DNA of 47,247 nucleotides from a virus: IMG/VR virus record IMGVR_UViG_3300003322_000883, positions 1 to 47,247 of that record; one strand, 5' to 3'. Shown piece by piece: positions 39,867 to 47,247 of this stretch (position 1 is its first letter; each line of letters starts with the position of its first letter). The notes under the pieces were generated by a model. It saw only the letters and a program-made list of their open reading frames with translations, ran no database searches and was not told where the DNA came from. The position numbers and the translations under genes were made by a program.

Positions 39867-40815
39867 GTGGCGGTCGCAGTCAACACCGCGCGGGGCGTCG
39901 GCGGCAGCACCTCCGCCCTAACCTCCGCCTCTGTTTCCCCGGGCGGCGCGAACCGCCTCATGCTGGCCGCTGCGTGCGGTCAGAGCGCCGCGAGTGCCGT
40001 CAACGACAACGGGTCGGGCGGCACGGCGCTGACGCAGATCAACACCAACGTCAGCGTCTTCTCGGGCAACTACGTCTTCAACGTCTGGCGCCTGGTGCCC
40101 GGCCCCACCGGCAGCACCAACCTCTATGCCAGCTTCGGCAGTGCCGGCGCGAACAGCGCCCAGGCGCTGTACCTCGACGGCGTTGACCAGACCACACCGC
40201 TCGGCACGGAACAGACCGCCGGGCCCACCATCGCCGGCACCGTCAGCAGCACCGTCGCGAGCATCACGCTCACGACCACGGCAGGCACAACCTGGGTTGC
40301 CGCGCTCGGTGTGGGCGAGATTCCTGACGGCATCACCAGCATCGTCGCGGGCGCCAATACGACCGTCTACTACGAGCCGGCTGTGGGCGACTCGGGCGAG
40401 CGCCATGCGGCGACCGCCTGGCTGGTTGGCGTGGCCACGGGCACGAGCCTGACCCTATCGGCCACGATCTCGGCGCCCAACATCTTCAACGACATCGCCT
40501 GGGCCATCTCGGCGTGGCCGGTGAACGCGGCGGCCGGCGGCACCGACGGCACGGCCGGCGGCGTGACGATGACGGTCACCTCGTCGTTCATCGCAGGCGC
40601 CGCGACGGGCGGGGCCACGACTCCGGGTTCCACCAGCACGGTCACCAGTTCGTTCATCGCCGGCTCGGCCAGCGGGGTGGTGAATGGCACCGCCGTCGGC
40701 ACGACGGCGACCGTGCTGGTCGTGTTCCTGGCGGGGGGGTGCCAGCGGCAACGTGCCGCCGACGGGAGGGCGCTTAAGCGGCCCCCTCGCACTGATCATC
40801 GGACTCAGCCTGTAG
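39867..40815 (+). CDS. Tail-fibre-like protein (about 315 aa) interrupted by a +1 frame change at a G7 tract
   Basis: Frame 0 runs from GTG 39867 to the G run at 40733-40739. The +1 frame continues 'ASGNVPPTGGRLSGPLALIIGLSL' to TAG 40813-40815. This completes a third copy of the repeat 'SSFIAG(A/S)A(T/S)G'. The frame-0 continuation overlaps the next gene as far as 41198. Confidence 0.55.
40768..40799 (+). promoter_or_regulatory. Late-promoter-like element 5 (GGGCGCTTAAG-N15-GATCAT)
   Basis: The 11-mer variant lies at 40768-40778 and GATCAT at 40794-40799, with AGGAG plus ATG 40825 downstream. Confidence 0.4.
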
Positions 40816-40824
40816 GAGCAACGC

Positions 40825-41481
40825 ATGCCCAGCGTCGCAGACATCTGCAACCTCGCATTGAGCCACCTCGGCTCGGACACCGTGGTCACCTCCATCAGCC
40901 CCCCGGACGGGAGCGTGGATGCGGGGCACTGCGCGCGCTTCTACCCGATCGCGCGCAAGGAAGCGCTCGAGCACCACACCTGGACCTGGAGCAAGAAGCG
41001 GGTGGCGCTCGCCGCGGTCACGAACCCGAGCACGATGTGGACCTACGCCTACGCGGTGCCAAGCGACTGCATCAGCGCGAAGCGCGTGTTGCAGCAGCAA
41101 TCGGTGCAGCAGTTCATCACCTTCGACTCGCCGTTCATCCTGACGGCCGATGCGTACCAGCTCTTCACCGAGCGTGGCAGTTCCGAGTTCGAGATTGAAG
41201 ACGGCGTGCTGCTCACGCACGAGCCCGAGGCGGTGCTGCTCTACGTGCGTGATGTCGTCGACACCACGAAGTTCTCGACGTCCTTCGTGAGCGCGCTGAG
41301 CTATCTGCTCGCAAGCTACCTCGCGGGGCCCATCATCAAGGGCGACGTCGGGGCACAAACCTCGGCACGTCTTCGCCAAGCGGCGATGAACCTCATGAGC
41401 GAGGCCGGCTCCGACGACGCGAACGACAGCTCGGAAACCAACGAGCACGTGCCCACCTTCATCGCAGGACGCTGGTCGTGA
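40825..41481 (+). CDS. Tail tubular protein A / gatekeeper (T7 gp11-like)
   Basis: 'VADICNLALSHLGSDTVVTSIS...AGHCARFYPIARKEALEHHTWTWS' parallels T7 gp11 'VNDILASIGEPPVSTLEG...[22 protein letters not shown]' (recollection). 218 aa. It precedes a 762-aa gp12-like gene. Confidence 0.65.
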   Translation: MPSVADICNLALSHLGSDTVVTSISPPDGSVDAGHCARFYPIARKEALEHHTWTWSKKRVALAAVTNPSTMWTYAYAVPSDCISAKRVLQQQSVQQFITFDSPFILTADAYQLFTERGSSEFEIEDGVLLTHEPEAVLLYVRDVVDTTKFSTSFVSALSYLLASYLAGPIIKGDVGAQTSARLRQAAMNLMSEAGSDDANDSSETNEHVPTFIAGRWS

Positions 41482-43766
41482 AGAGCTTCTATCGAAGCTT
41501 CGCCGGCGGGGAGATCACGCCCGAGCTGTTCGGGCGGCTGGACCTCGTGAAGTTCCAGACCGGGCTGCGCAAGTGCCTCAACTTCGAGACGCTGCCGCAC
41601 GGGCCGGCCGCACGTCGCACCGGCTTCTTCTACGTGAACGAGGCCAAGTCGGACCCGCTCAACGCGCCGGTGCGCCTGATCCCTTTCGTCTTCAGCGCCA
41701 CCCAGGCGATCATGCTGGAGTTCGGACACCAGTACGTGCGTTTCCACAACCAGGACGGCACGGTGCTGGAGGCCTACCAGAGTGCGTCCGCGCTGACCGC
41801 GGCCACGCCCACGGTCGTGACGCTGGCCGCCCACGGTTTCAGCAACGACCAGTGGGTGTACTGCGACTCGGTGGCGGGTTCGGCCTTCGCGCTGCACGGG
41901 CGCTTCTTCAAGATCGCCAACGCGACCGCGAACACGTTCGAGTTGCGCGGGCTTGACGGCAGCACCATCGGCCTGAGCAGCGTGCCGCTGTTCCTGGTGC
42001 GCTTCGCTCGGGTGTACACGCTCGCGAGCCCGTTCTCTGCCGCCGATCTCGCCACGCTCACTTTCGCGCAGAGCGCCGACGTTCTGACGCTCACCAACCA
42101 GACGGTGGGCGCGCGCGAGCTGCGCCGCTCGGGCCCGACGAGCTGGGCCTTCACCACCGTGAGCTTTGCGCCGGGGCTGTCCGCGCCGGCCGGCCCTACC
42201 GCCACCGCCACCGTGGCCGTGGCCACCAACCTCACGCCCCAGCACTACAAGATCACCGCGGTGGCCGCCGACCTGGTGACGGAATCGCTCGCCTCGGCTG
42301 ATGCGACCTGCAACAACAACCTGACGCTGGCCGGCAACTACAACACCATCAGCTGGAGTGCGGTGGTCGGCGCGGCGCGCTACTACGTCTACAAGCAGCG
42401 CGGCGGCACCTATGGCTACATCGGGCAGACCACGACGCTCAGCCTCGTCGACGACAACATCCTGGCCGACACGACGCTCTCGCCGCCCGAGAACAACATC
42501 ACCCTGAACACCGGCGCCGGGGACTATCCGGCGGCGCTCACGTACCTCGAGCGCCGGCGCTGGTTCGGCGGCACCGTGAACGAGCCGCAGAACATTTGGG
42601 CCACGCGCAACGGCACCGAGTCGAACCTCACGAGCTCGATTCCGTCGCGCGACGACGACGGCATGGAGTTCCGCATCGCCGCCCAGCAGCAGAACGCGAT
42701 CCGACACCTGGTGCCGCTGTCCGACCTGCTGGCGCTGACGGTGGGCGGGGAGTTCCGCATCTTCGCCGACGGTGGCCCGGCCATCGCGCCCAGCACCATC
42801 AGCATCAAGCCCCAGGGCTACAGCGGGGCGGCTCAGGCCCAGCCGGCGCTCACGACCAGCTCGGCGCTGTACGTGCAGGCACAAGGCGCGCACATTCGCG
42901 AACTGGCCTACGACCCGAGTGGCACCGGCTTCTACCGGTCCACCGACGTGTCGATCATGGCGCCGCACCTCTTCAACGGCTACGACGTGACGGAGCTCGC
43001 CTACTCGCGAGCGCCCGACTCGGTGCTGTGGGCCGTGCGCAGCGACGGCCAGCTGCTGGGCATGACCTACGTGCCGGACCAGCAGGTGTACGGCTGGCAC
43101 CAGCACGACACGCAAGGCGCGTTCGAGTCGTGCGCGGTGATCCCCGAGAACGGCGAGGACGTGCTCTACTGCGTCATGCGTCGCGTGATCAACGGCCGCA
43201 CCGCGCGGTTCATCGAGCGCCTGAAGTCGCGGCTCTACACCGAGCAGTCCGACGCCTTCTACGTGGACGCGGGCCTCACCTACACCGGCGCGGCCACCAC
43301 GACGATCAACAATCTCTGGCACCTGGAAGGCATGACGGTGCAGATTCTGGCCGACGGCGCCGTGCAGCCTGAGCGCACCGTCACGGCCGGGCGCATCACG
43401 CTCGACACCGCGGCCACCAAGGTGCACGTCGGCCTGGGTTACAACTCCGACCTGGTGACGCTGCCGGCGGCCTACGACAAGGCGCCCGCCGCGGGGCAGG
43501 GCACGATGAAGAACGTGTCGGCCGTGTGGGCCCGCGTGGTGGGCAGCTCCGTACTGAAGGCAGGCCCGTCCTTCGACAAGCTGATGAGCTACCCGGCGCG
43601 CATGGTGAGCGACCCCTACGGGTCGCCCCCGACGCTGCAGACCGGCGAGTCCCGGCTCCCCATCTCCCCCAGCTGGAACACCGACGGCTCGGTGTGCGTG
43701 CGCCAGGACCTGCCGCTGCCGCTCACCCTGGCCGCCATGGCGGTGGAGACCGCCACCGGTGGTTGA
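41478..43766 (+). CDS. Tail tubular protein B / nozzle (T7 gp12-like)
   Basis: GTGA overlap with the upstream gene. 762 aa. N-terminus: 'MKSFYRSFAGGEITPELFGRLDLVKFQTGL'. The call rests on position and size. Confidence 0.6.
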   Translation: MKSFYRSFAGGEITPELFGRLDLVKFQTGLRKCLNFETLPHGPAARRTGFFYVNEAKSDPLNAPVRLIPFVFSATQAIMLEFGHQYVRFHNQDGTVLEAYQSASALTAATPTVVTLAAHGFSNDQWVYCDSVAGSAFALHGRFFKIANATANTFELRGLDGSTIGLSSVPLFLVRFARVYTLASPFSAADLATLTFAQSADVLTLTNQTVGARELRRSGPTSWAFTTVSFAPGLSAPAGPTATATVAVATNLTPQHYKITAVAADLVTESLASADATCNNNLTLAGNYNTISWSAVVGAARYYVYKQRGGTYGYIGQTTTLSLVDDNILADTTLSPPENNITLNTGAGDYPAALTYLERRRWFGGTVNEPQNIWATRNGTESNLTSSIPSRDDDGMEFRIAAQQQNAIRHLVPLSDLLALTVGGEFRIFADGGPAIAPSTISIKPQGYSGAAQAQPALTTSSALYVQAQGAHIRELAYDPSGTGFYRSTDVSIMAPHLFNGYDVTELAYSRAPDSVLWAVRSDGQLLGMTYVPDQQVYGWHQHDTQGAFESCAVIPENGEDVLYCVMRRVINGRTARFIERLKSRLYTEQSDAFYVDAGLTYTGAATTTINNLWHLEGMTVQILADGAVQPERTVTAGRITLDTAATKVHVGLGYNSDLVTLPAAYDKAPAAGQGTMKNVSAVWARVVGSSVLKAGPSFDKLMSYPARMVSDPYGSPPTLQTGESRLPISPSWNTDGSVCVRQDLPLPLTLAAMAVETATGG

Positions 43767-44298
43767 GGTCGTGGTGCGGCCGGCCACGCCGGCCGACGTC
43801 GAGCACCTCCTTCCGCGCCTGCGCGCGGCCGACCTGGCCGAGATCAAGGCGGCCGGCTGCACGCCGCGACAGGCGCTCGAGGAAGGGCTGGCCACCTCGG
43901 CGCGAGCCTGGGCGGCCGACTTCGGCGGCGAGCCGGCGCTGCTGATGGGCGTTGCGCCCTGGGACAACGTACCGGACCGCGGCGTGCCCTGGCTGCTGGG
44001 CACCGACCTGGTGACGATTCACCAGCGGGCGTTTATGCGCCACGCCCCCACGTACATTGAGCAAATGCTGGCGGCGTTTTCGCACCTGCTAAACTTTGTC
44101 CACGCTGAAAACACGACCGCGGTGCGGTGGCTCAGCAGGATGGGGTTCGAGCTGTACGAGGCGGTGCCGTACGGCCCCAACGGGGCGCTGTTCCATCCTT
44201 TCGAGATGCACCGTGGAGATCACCGACTACTCGGTCGAGAAAGTGCAGGCGCTGCTCGACAGCATCCTGGCCAACCCGCAGAGCCAGTTCCAACCTGA
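43759..44298 (+). CDS. gp13-position protein, GNAT-fold-like (DUF2833-like by recollection); 3' end uncertain
   Basis: 'VRPATPADVEHLLPRLRAADLAEIKAAG' and 'LNFVHAENTTAVRWLSRMGFEL'. The last 30 codons or so are Arg/Gly/Pro-rich and overlap the next ORF. Confidence 0.5.
   Translation: MVEVVVRPATPADVEHLLPRLRAADLAEIKAAGCTPRQALEEGLATSARAWAADFGGEPALLMGVAPWDNVPDRGVPWLLGTDLVTIHQRAFMRHAPTYIEQMLAAFSHLLNFVHAENTTAVRWLSRMGFELYEAVPYGPNGALFHPFEMHRGDHRLLGRESAGAARQHPGQPAEPVPT
44078..44095 (+). promoter_or_regulatory. Near-perfect operator palindrome inside the late region (TTTCGCA-CC-TGCTAAA), with rightward TGCTAAACT
   Basis: It matches the 7+2+7 operator at 13 of 14 positions. TGn plus TAAACT faces the internal-virion-protein genes. 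Confidence 0.4.
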
Positions 44299-44632
44299 GC
44301 TTCGCCACTTCTTCGCCCCGGGCGTGTACGCCCGCGAGATGTTCATGCCCGCGGGCACCTGCGTCATCGGCAAGGTGCACCTGAAGGACCACCTGCTGGT
44401 GGTCCTGGGCGACGTCACCGTCTACTCGCCCGAGGGCCTGCAGCGCTACGAGGGCTACCACACCATCGAGTGCCAGGCAGGCACGCAACGCACGCTGCTT
44501 GCGCACGACGCAACCTGGGTCACCACGTTCCACGGCAACCCGGGCGACGAGCGCGACATCGCGAAGCTCGAGGCGCGCAACGTCGCCGACCTGTCCGCCC
44601 TGGTGCACACCCCATCGGAGGCCCTCCAATGA
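44213..44632 (+). CDS. Hypothetical small beta-barrel (cupin-like) protein; start uncertain
   Basis: GTG 44213 ('VEITDYSVEKVQALLDSIL'). 'GKVHLKDHLLVVLGDVTVYSPEG...ECQAGTQRTLLAHDATWVTTFH'. The track ORF start at 44096 gives an implausible Arg/Cys-rich N-terminus. Confidence 0.5.
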   Translation: MEITDYSVEKVQALLDSILANPQSQFQPELRHFFAPGVYAREMFMPAGTCVIGKVHLKDHLLVVLGDVTVYSPEGLQRYEGYHTIECQAGTQRTLLAHDATWVTTFHGNPGDERDIAKLEARNVADLSALVHTPSEALQ

Positions 44633-45087
44633 GCTACTACGTCGTGGGCACCCTCATCGTGAGCGCCTTGGTCGGCGCCAACGCATCGCGCCAGCAGGCT
44701 CAGGCCAACCGCGCCATCGCCGAGGGCAACGCGCAGATTGCCGAGATGCAGGCGCAGGACGCACTCAAGCGCGGTGAAGAGGACGCCCAAGTTGCGCAGC
44801 GCCGCGCTCGACAGGTGGCCGGCGCGCAGCGTGCCGCCTACAGCGCACGCGGCGTGGACATCAGCGACGGGACGGCGGCCGACGTGATCGAGCAGACCGA
44901 CTTCTTCGGTCAGGTCGACGCCGCCACCGCGCGCACGAACGCGCGGAAAGAGGCCTGGAACGCCCGGGCGCAGCGCCGCGGCTACGAGATCGAGGCGTCC
45001 GTCAACGACCCCAACCGCGCGTTCAACTCGTCGCTGCTCGGCAGCGCCGGGACCGTGGCCGGGGCCTGGTATCGCCGGGGGCGCTGA
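44629..45087 (+). CDS. Internal virion protein (gp14 position): N-terminal TM plus coiled coil
   Basis: ATGA overlap with the upstream gene. 'MSYYVVGTLIVSALVGANA' is followed by a Gln/Ala/Arg-rich helix. Confidence 0.6.
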   Translation: MSYYVVGTLIVSALVGANASRQQAQANRAIAEGNAQIAEMQAQDALKRGEEDAQVAQRRARQVAGAQRAAYSARGVDISDGTAADVIEQTDFFGQVDAATARTNARKEAWNARAQRRGYEIEASVNDPNRAFNSSLLGSAGTVAGAWYRRGR

Positions 45088-46817
45088 TGCCGACCGTCCC
45101 GATCAGCCAAGGTCCGACCCTTCGCGAGGCGCCGCTGCAGGGCGGCTTCCAGCGCCAGGTCGACGTCACCGCCAACCAGCGCCAGGTCGGTGCCGGGCTC
45201 GCCAACATCAGCGACGCGCTGGCCTACCGCGAGAACCGCAACGACCAGGATGCGGCGTTCGCGGCCGATGCGAAGCTGAAGAAGGAGTGGCTCGACTACG
45301 AGTCCCAGCTGCGATCGCAGCGCAAGGGGCGCGATGCCGCGACCTACGACACCGAGGTGGAGGCCTGGTGGAAAGACGCCTCGCAGCGCTACGGCCAGGA
45401 CCTGAGCCCTGGTGCGCAGCGCCTGGTCAACCGCAGCCTCGCCACGAGCCAGGCGCAAGCCGTTGCGGGCGCCAAGGCCTACAAGGAGCAGCAGCTCAAC
45501 GCCTCGGCAGCGGCCTCCTACCAGAGTGCGCAGACCGTCTCCATCAACGAGGCGGCCACGGTCGGCAACGAGCGTGCGGTGGTCAAGGCCATCACCGACA
45601 TGGACCAGAAGCGCAGCGAGCGCGCCGCCCTGGAGAGCTGGACGCCCGAGCAGCGTGAGGCCGACCGCATGCACTGGAACACGCAGCTGCACACTGTGAT
45701 GGTGCAAAAGCTCGTGCGCACGGACCCGGCCGCGGCGCAGACCTACTACGACAAGTACAAGGCCGAAATCGCAGCGCCGCAGCAGAACGCGCTGGAAGCC
45801 CACCTGCAGCAGACCTCGGCCGTCATGGACGGCAGCGCGGCCGCGGACAGCATCTGGAAGGACATGGGCCCGAAGGCTGACGGCCAGCCTGTCGAGCTCG
45901 ACAAGATGGAGGCGGCTGCACGCGAGCAATTCAAGAACGACCCTGTGCGCCAGAAGGCCGCCATCGCTGACATCCACCAGCGCGCCGCCTCGTTCAACGC
46001 CGCCGAGCGCGAGCGCACCGCCGGCAAGGTGAACGCGGTGATGGACGCCTACAGCAAGGGTGCATCACTCACGCAGCTGCAGCGCATGCCCGAGTTCCAG
46101 TCGCTACCCGGCAAGGAACGCGCGCAGATTCAGGACCACATCAACGACCGCAATCACATGCTATGGGCGCGGTCCATCGAAGACCGCGCACGCCTGGAGC
46201 GCGAGATGGCGCGGAAGGCGTTCCCGGCCTACCTGGAGTACAGCAACCCCGAGACGCTCGGCACGATGACGCGTGCGCAGGTCCAGGCGCTGCAGCCCAC
46301 CCTCGGCAACGAGCTAACCAACCACCTGGTGACGAAGTGGGAGGGCCTGCAGAAGAAGGACGCGAAGCTCGAGGCCCGCATGGACCAGGACGACTTCAAC
46401 CACGTCGCCGACCAGATGGGACTGTCGCCGTTTAAGGCGAACACCGAGGACAAGAAGCGTCAGCTCGGCGAGCTGAAGTACCGCACCGAGCAGCTCATCA
46501 ACCAGGCGCAGGTGGCCAAGAAGGGTCCGCTCACGCGCGAGGAAAAGATGGAGCTGATGACCCAGGAGATGGCACGCACCGTGACGGTGGATCGCTGGGG
46601 CCCGTGGAACGCCCAGGTGCCGGTGATCCAGCTGAGCAAGGACGACCTCAAGAACGTGCTGGTGCCCGACACCGAGCGCGAACAGATTTCCGCAGCGCTG
46701 AAGACGCTGTACCAGGAGACCGGCCAGGCGATCTACGCACCGACCGAAGAGAACATGCGCCGGCTCTACCTCATGAGCAAGTCGGTCGCCGCGCGCCTCC
46801 TGCCCAGCGAGAAGTGA
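45087..46817 (+). CDS. Internal virion protein (gp15 position), 576 aa
   Basis: TGATG overlap with the upstream gene. The protein is long, helical and charged, and lies between the gp14-like and giant gp16-position genes. Confidence 0.6.
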   Translation: MPTVPISQGPTLREAPLQGGFQRQVDVTANQRQVGAGLANISDALAYRENRNDQDAAFAADAKLKKEWLDYESQLRSQRKGRDAATYDTEVEAWWKDASQRYGQDLSPGAQRLVNRSLATSQAQAVAGAKAYKEQQLNASAAASYQSAQTVSINEAATVGNERAVVKAITDMDQKRSERAALESWTPEQREADRMHWNTQLHTVMVQKLVRTDPAAAQTYYDKYKAEIAAPQQNALEAHLQQTSAVMDGSAAADSIWKDMGPKADGQPVELDKMEAAAREQFKNDPVRQKAAIADIHQRAASFNAAERERTAGKVNAVMDAYSKGASLTQLQRMPEFQSLPGKERAQIQDHINDRNHMLWARSIEDRARLEREMARKAFPAYLEYSNPETLGTMTRAQVQALQPTLGNELTNHLVTKWEGLQKKDAKLEARMDQDDFNHVADQMGLSPFKANTEDKKRQLGELKYRTEQLINQAQVAKKGPLTREEKMELMTQEMARTVTVDRWGPWNAQVPVIQLSKDDLKNVLVPDTEREQISAALKTLYQETGQAIYAPTEENMRRLYLMSKSVAARLLPSEK

Positions 46818-47247
46818 ATGGCCGAGCTCACCCAACCCTTCGACCAGGCCGCCAGCGCTCCCGAGGCGCTGCCGCCCCCGAACCCGTACCTGGAGACGCT
46901 GCGCGGCGGCGCCCTGGCCACGGGCAGCGATGCGCCGCGCCAGGCCAACCCGTACCTGGACATCCTGCGCGGTGTCGAGGATGCACGCACGTCGCAGCTG
47001 CGCGCCACGACCACGCGCGCGGTGGACGTGAACCCGGACAAGTACGCGACGCAGCGCCGCGTGGCGAAGTACCTGGGCTACCCCGCGGCCGCAGTCGAGG
47101 CGCTGCCGGTGCAGACCGAGCGCGAGGCGAAGGTGAAGCAGGTGGCGCAGGACAGCGCCGTGTCGCCGGTGCTGCAGCAGCGCTACACCGACGAGGACTT
47201 TGCACGCCTGGCCCACGACGACAGCGGCTCGCTGGCCGGCGTGGCCG
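46818..47247 (+). CDS. 5' part of the giant internal virion/ejection polyvalent protein; continues in frame at the window start
   Basis: ATG at 46818 directly follows the TGA of the upstream gene (TGAATG). There is no stop up to the window end. GC3 is high. Nt 47223 starts a codon (agc), as does nt 1. The ORF is absent from the track only because it has no stop inside the window. Confidence 0.8.
   Translation, partial: MAELTQPFDQAASAPEALPPPNPYLETLRGGALATGSDAPRQANPYLDILRGVEDARTSQLRATTTRAVDVNPDKYATQRRVAKYLGYPAAAVEALPVQTEREAKVKQVAQDSAVSPVLQQRYTDEDFARLAHDDSGSLAGVA
47223..47247 (+). repeat. 25-nt terminal overlap identical to nt 1-25 (circular-assembly overlap)
   Basis: 'agcggctcgctggccggcgtggccg' occurs at both window ends, and the reading frame is preserved across the join. 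Confidence 0.95.

Larger units (their letters stand above)
1..47247. mobile_element. Complete circularly closed temperate phage genome (podovirus-like, T7-type structural gene order, integrase-encoding, no phage RNAP)
   Basis: Terminal 25-nt identity. An ORF is continuous across the junction. A full set of packaging, head, tail, lysis, integration, switch and replication genes is present, tightly packed with ATGA/GTGA/TGATG overlaps. Confidence 0.85.

Noticed and set aside
44190-44220. Programmed frameshift fusing the gp13-position ORF to the cupin-like ORF (a third +1 event)
   Set aside because: There is no homopolymer or slippery heptamer at the junction. A GTG start at 44213 explains the downstream ORF. 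I kept this as an overlap with uncertain ends rather than a recoding call.

Overview
High-GC window, roughly two-thirds G+C by eye (not computed). It is a complete, circularly closed temperate phage genome. Nt 1-25 are identical to nt 47223-47247 and one reading frame runs straight across that junction, so the unique length is 47,222 bp.

Layout:
(i) A + strand late block from 28923 across the junction to 9221. It has T7-type gene order: terS, terL, gp6.7-like small proteins, gp8-like portal, scaffold, major capsid, decoration protein, a 4-kb insert with extra tail/receptor-binding candidates, gp11-like, gp12-like, gp13-like, three internal virion proteins in the gp14/15/16 positions, a tail fibre/tailspike, and a holin-endolysin cassette.
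(ii) attP, which carries the 3' end of a tRNA-His, plus arm-type repeats, integrase and excisionase.
(iii) A long - strand early/replication block from 23680 to 9546. It contains an SNF2 helicase, a VRR-NUC nuclease, a family A DNA polymerase, a gp2.5-like SSB, a Cas4-like DUF2800 nuclease, three HNH genes and many small unknown ORFs.
(iv) A CI-like/Cro-like divergent switch at 23779-24814.
(v) A short + strand early-right operon: DNA methyltransferase, primase-polymerase/helicase, GIY-YIG nuclease and a small HTH protein.

I found no phage RNA polymerase, no complete tRNA or rRNA gene, no CRISPR array and no reverse transcriptase/DGR.

Most interesting observations:
- a ~2,095-aa junction-spanning ejection protein with a PARP-like ART module and an HExxH zincin module;
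- five copies of a fixed-spacing late-promoter-like element (GGGCGnnTAAG-N15-nAnnAT);
- a 16-bp palindrome (TTTAGCA-N2-TGCTAAA) that overlaps extended -10 elements in front of three leftward operons, with one near-perfect copy inside the late region;
- a dense GCAACG/CGTTGC repeat and hairpin array beside the primase;
- two tail genes each broken by a +1 frame change exactly at the two longest G tracts in the genome;
- four homing-endonuclease genes, one with an apparent co-conversion tract.

All calls come from reading motifs, frames and repeats by eye. No database search or computation was run, so family names are recollections that need to be verified.
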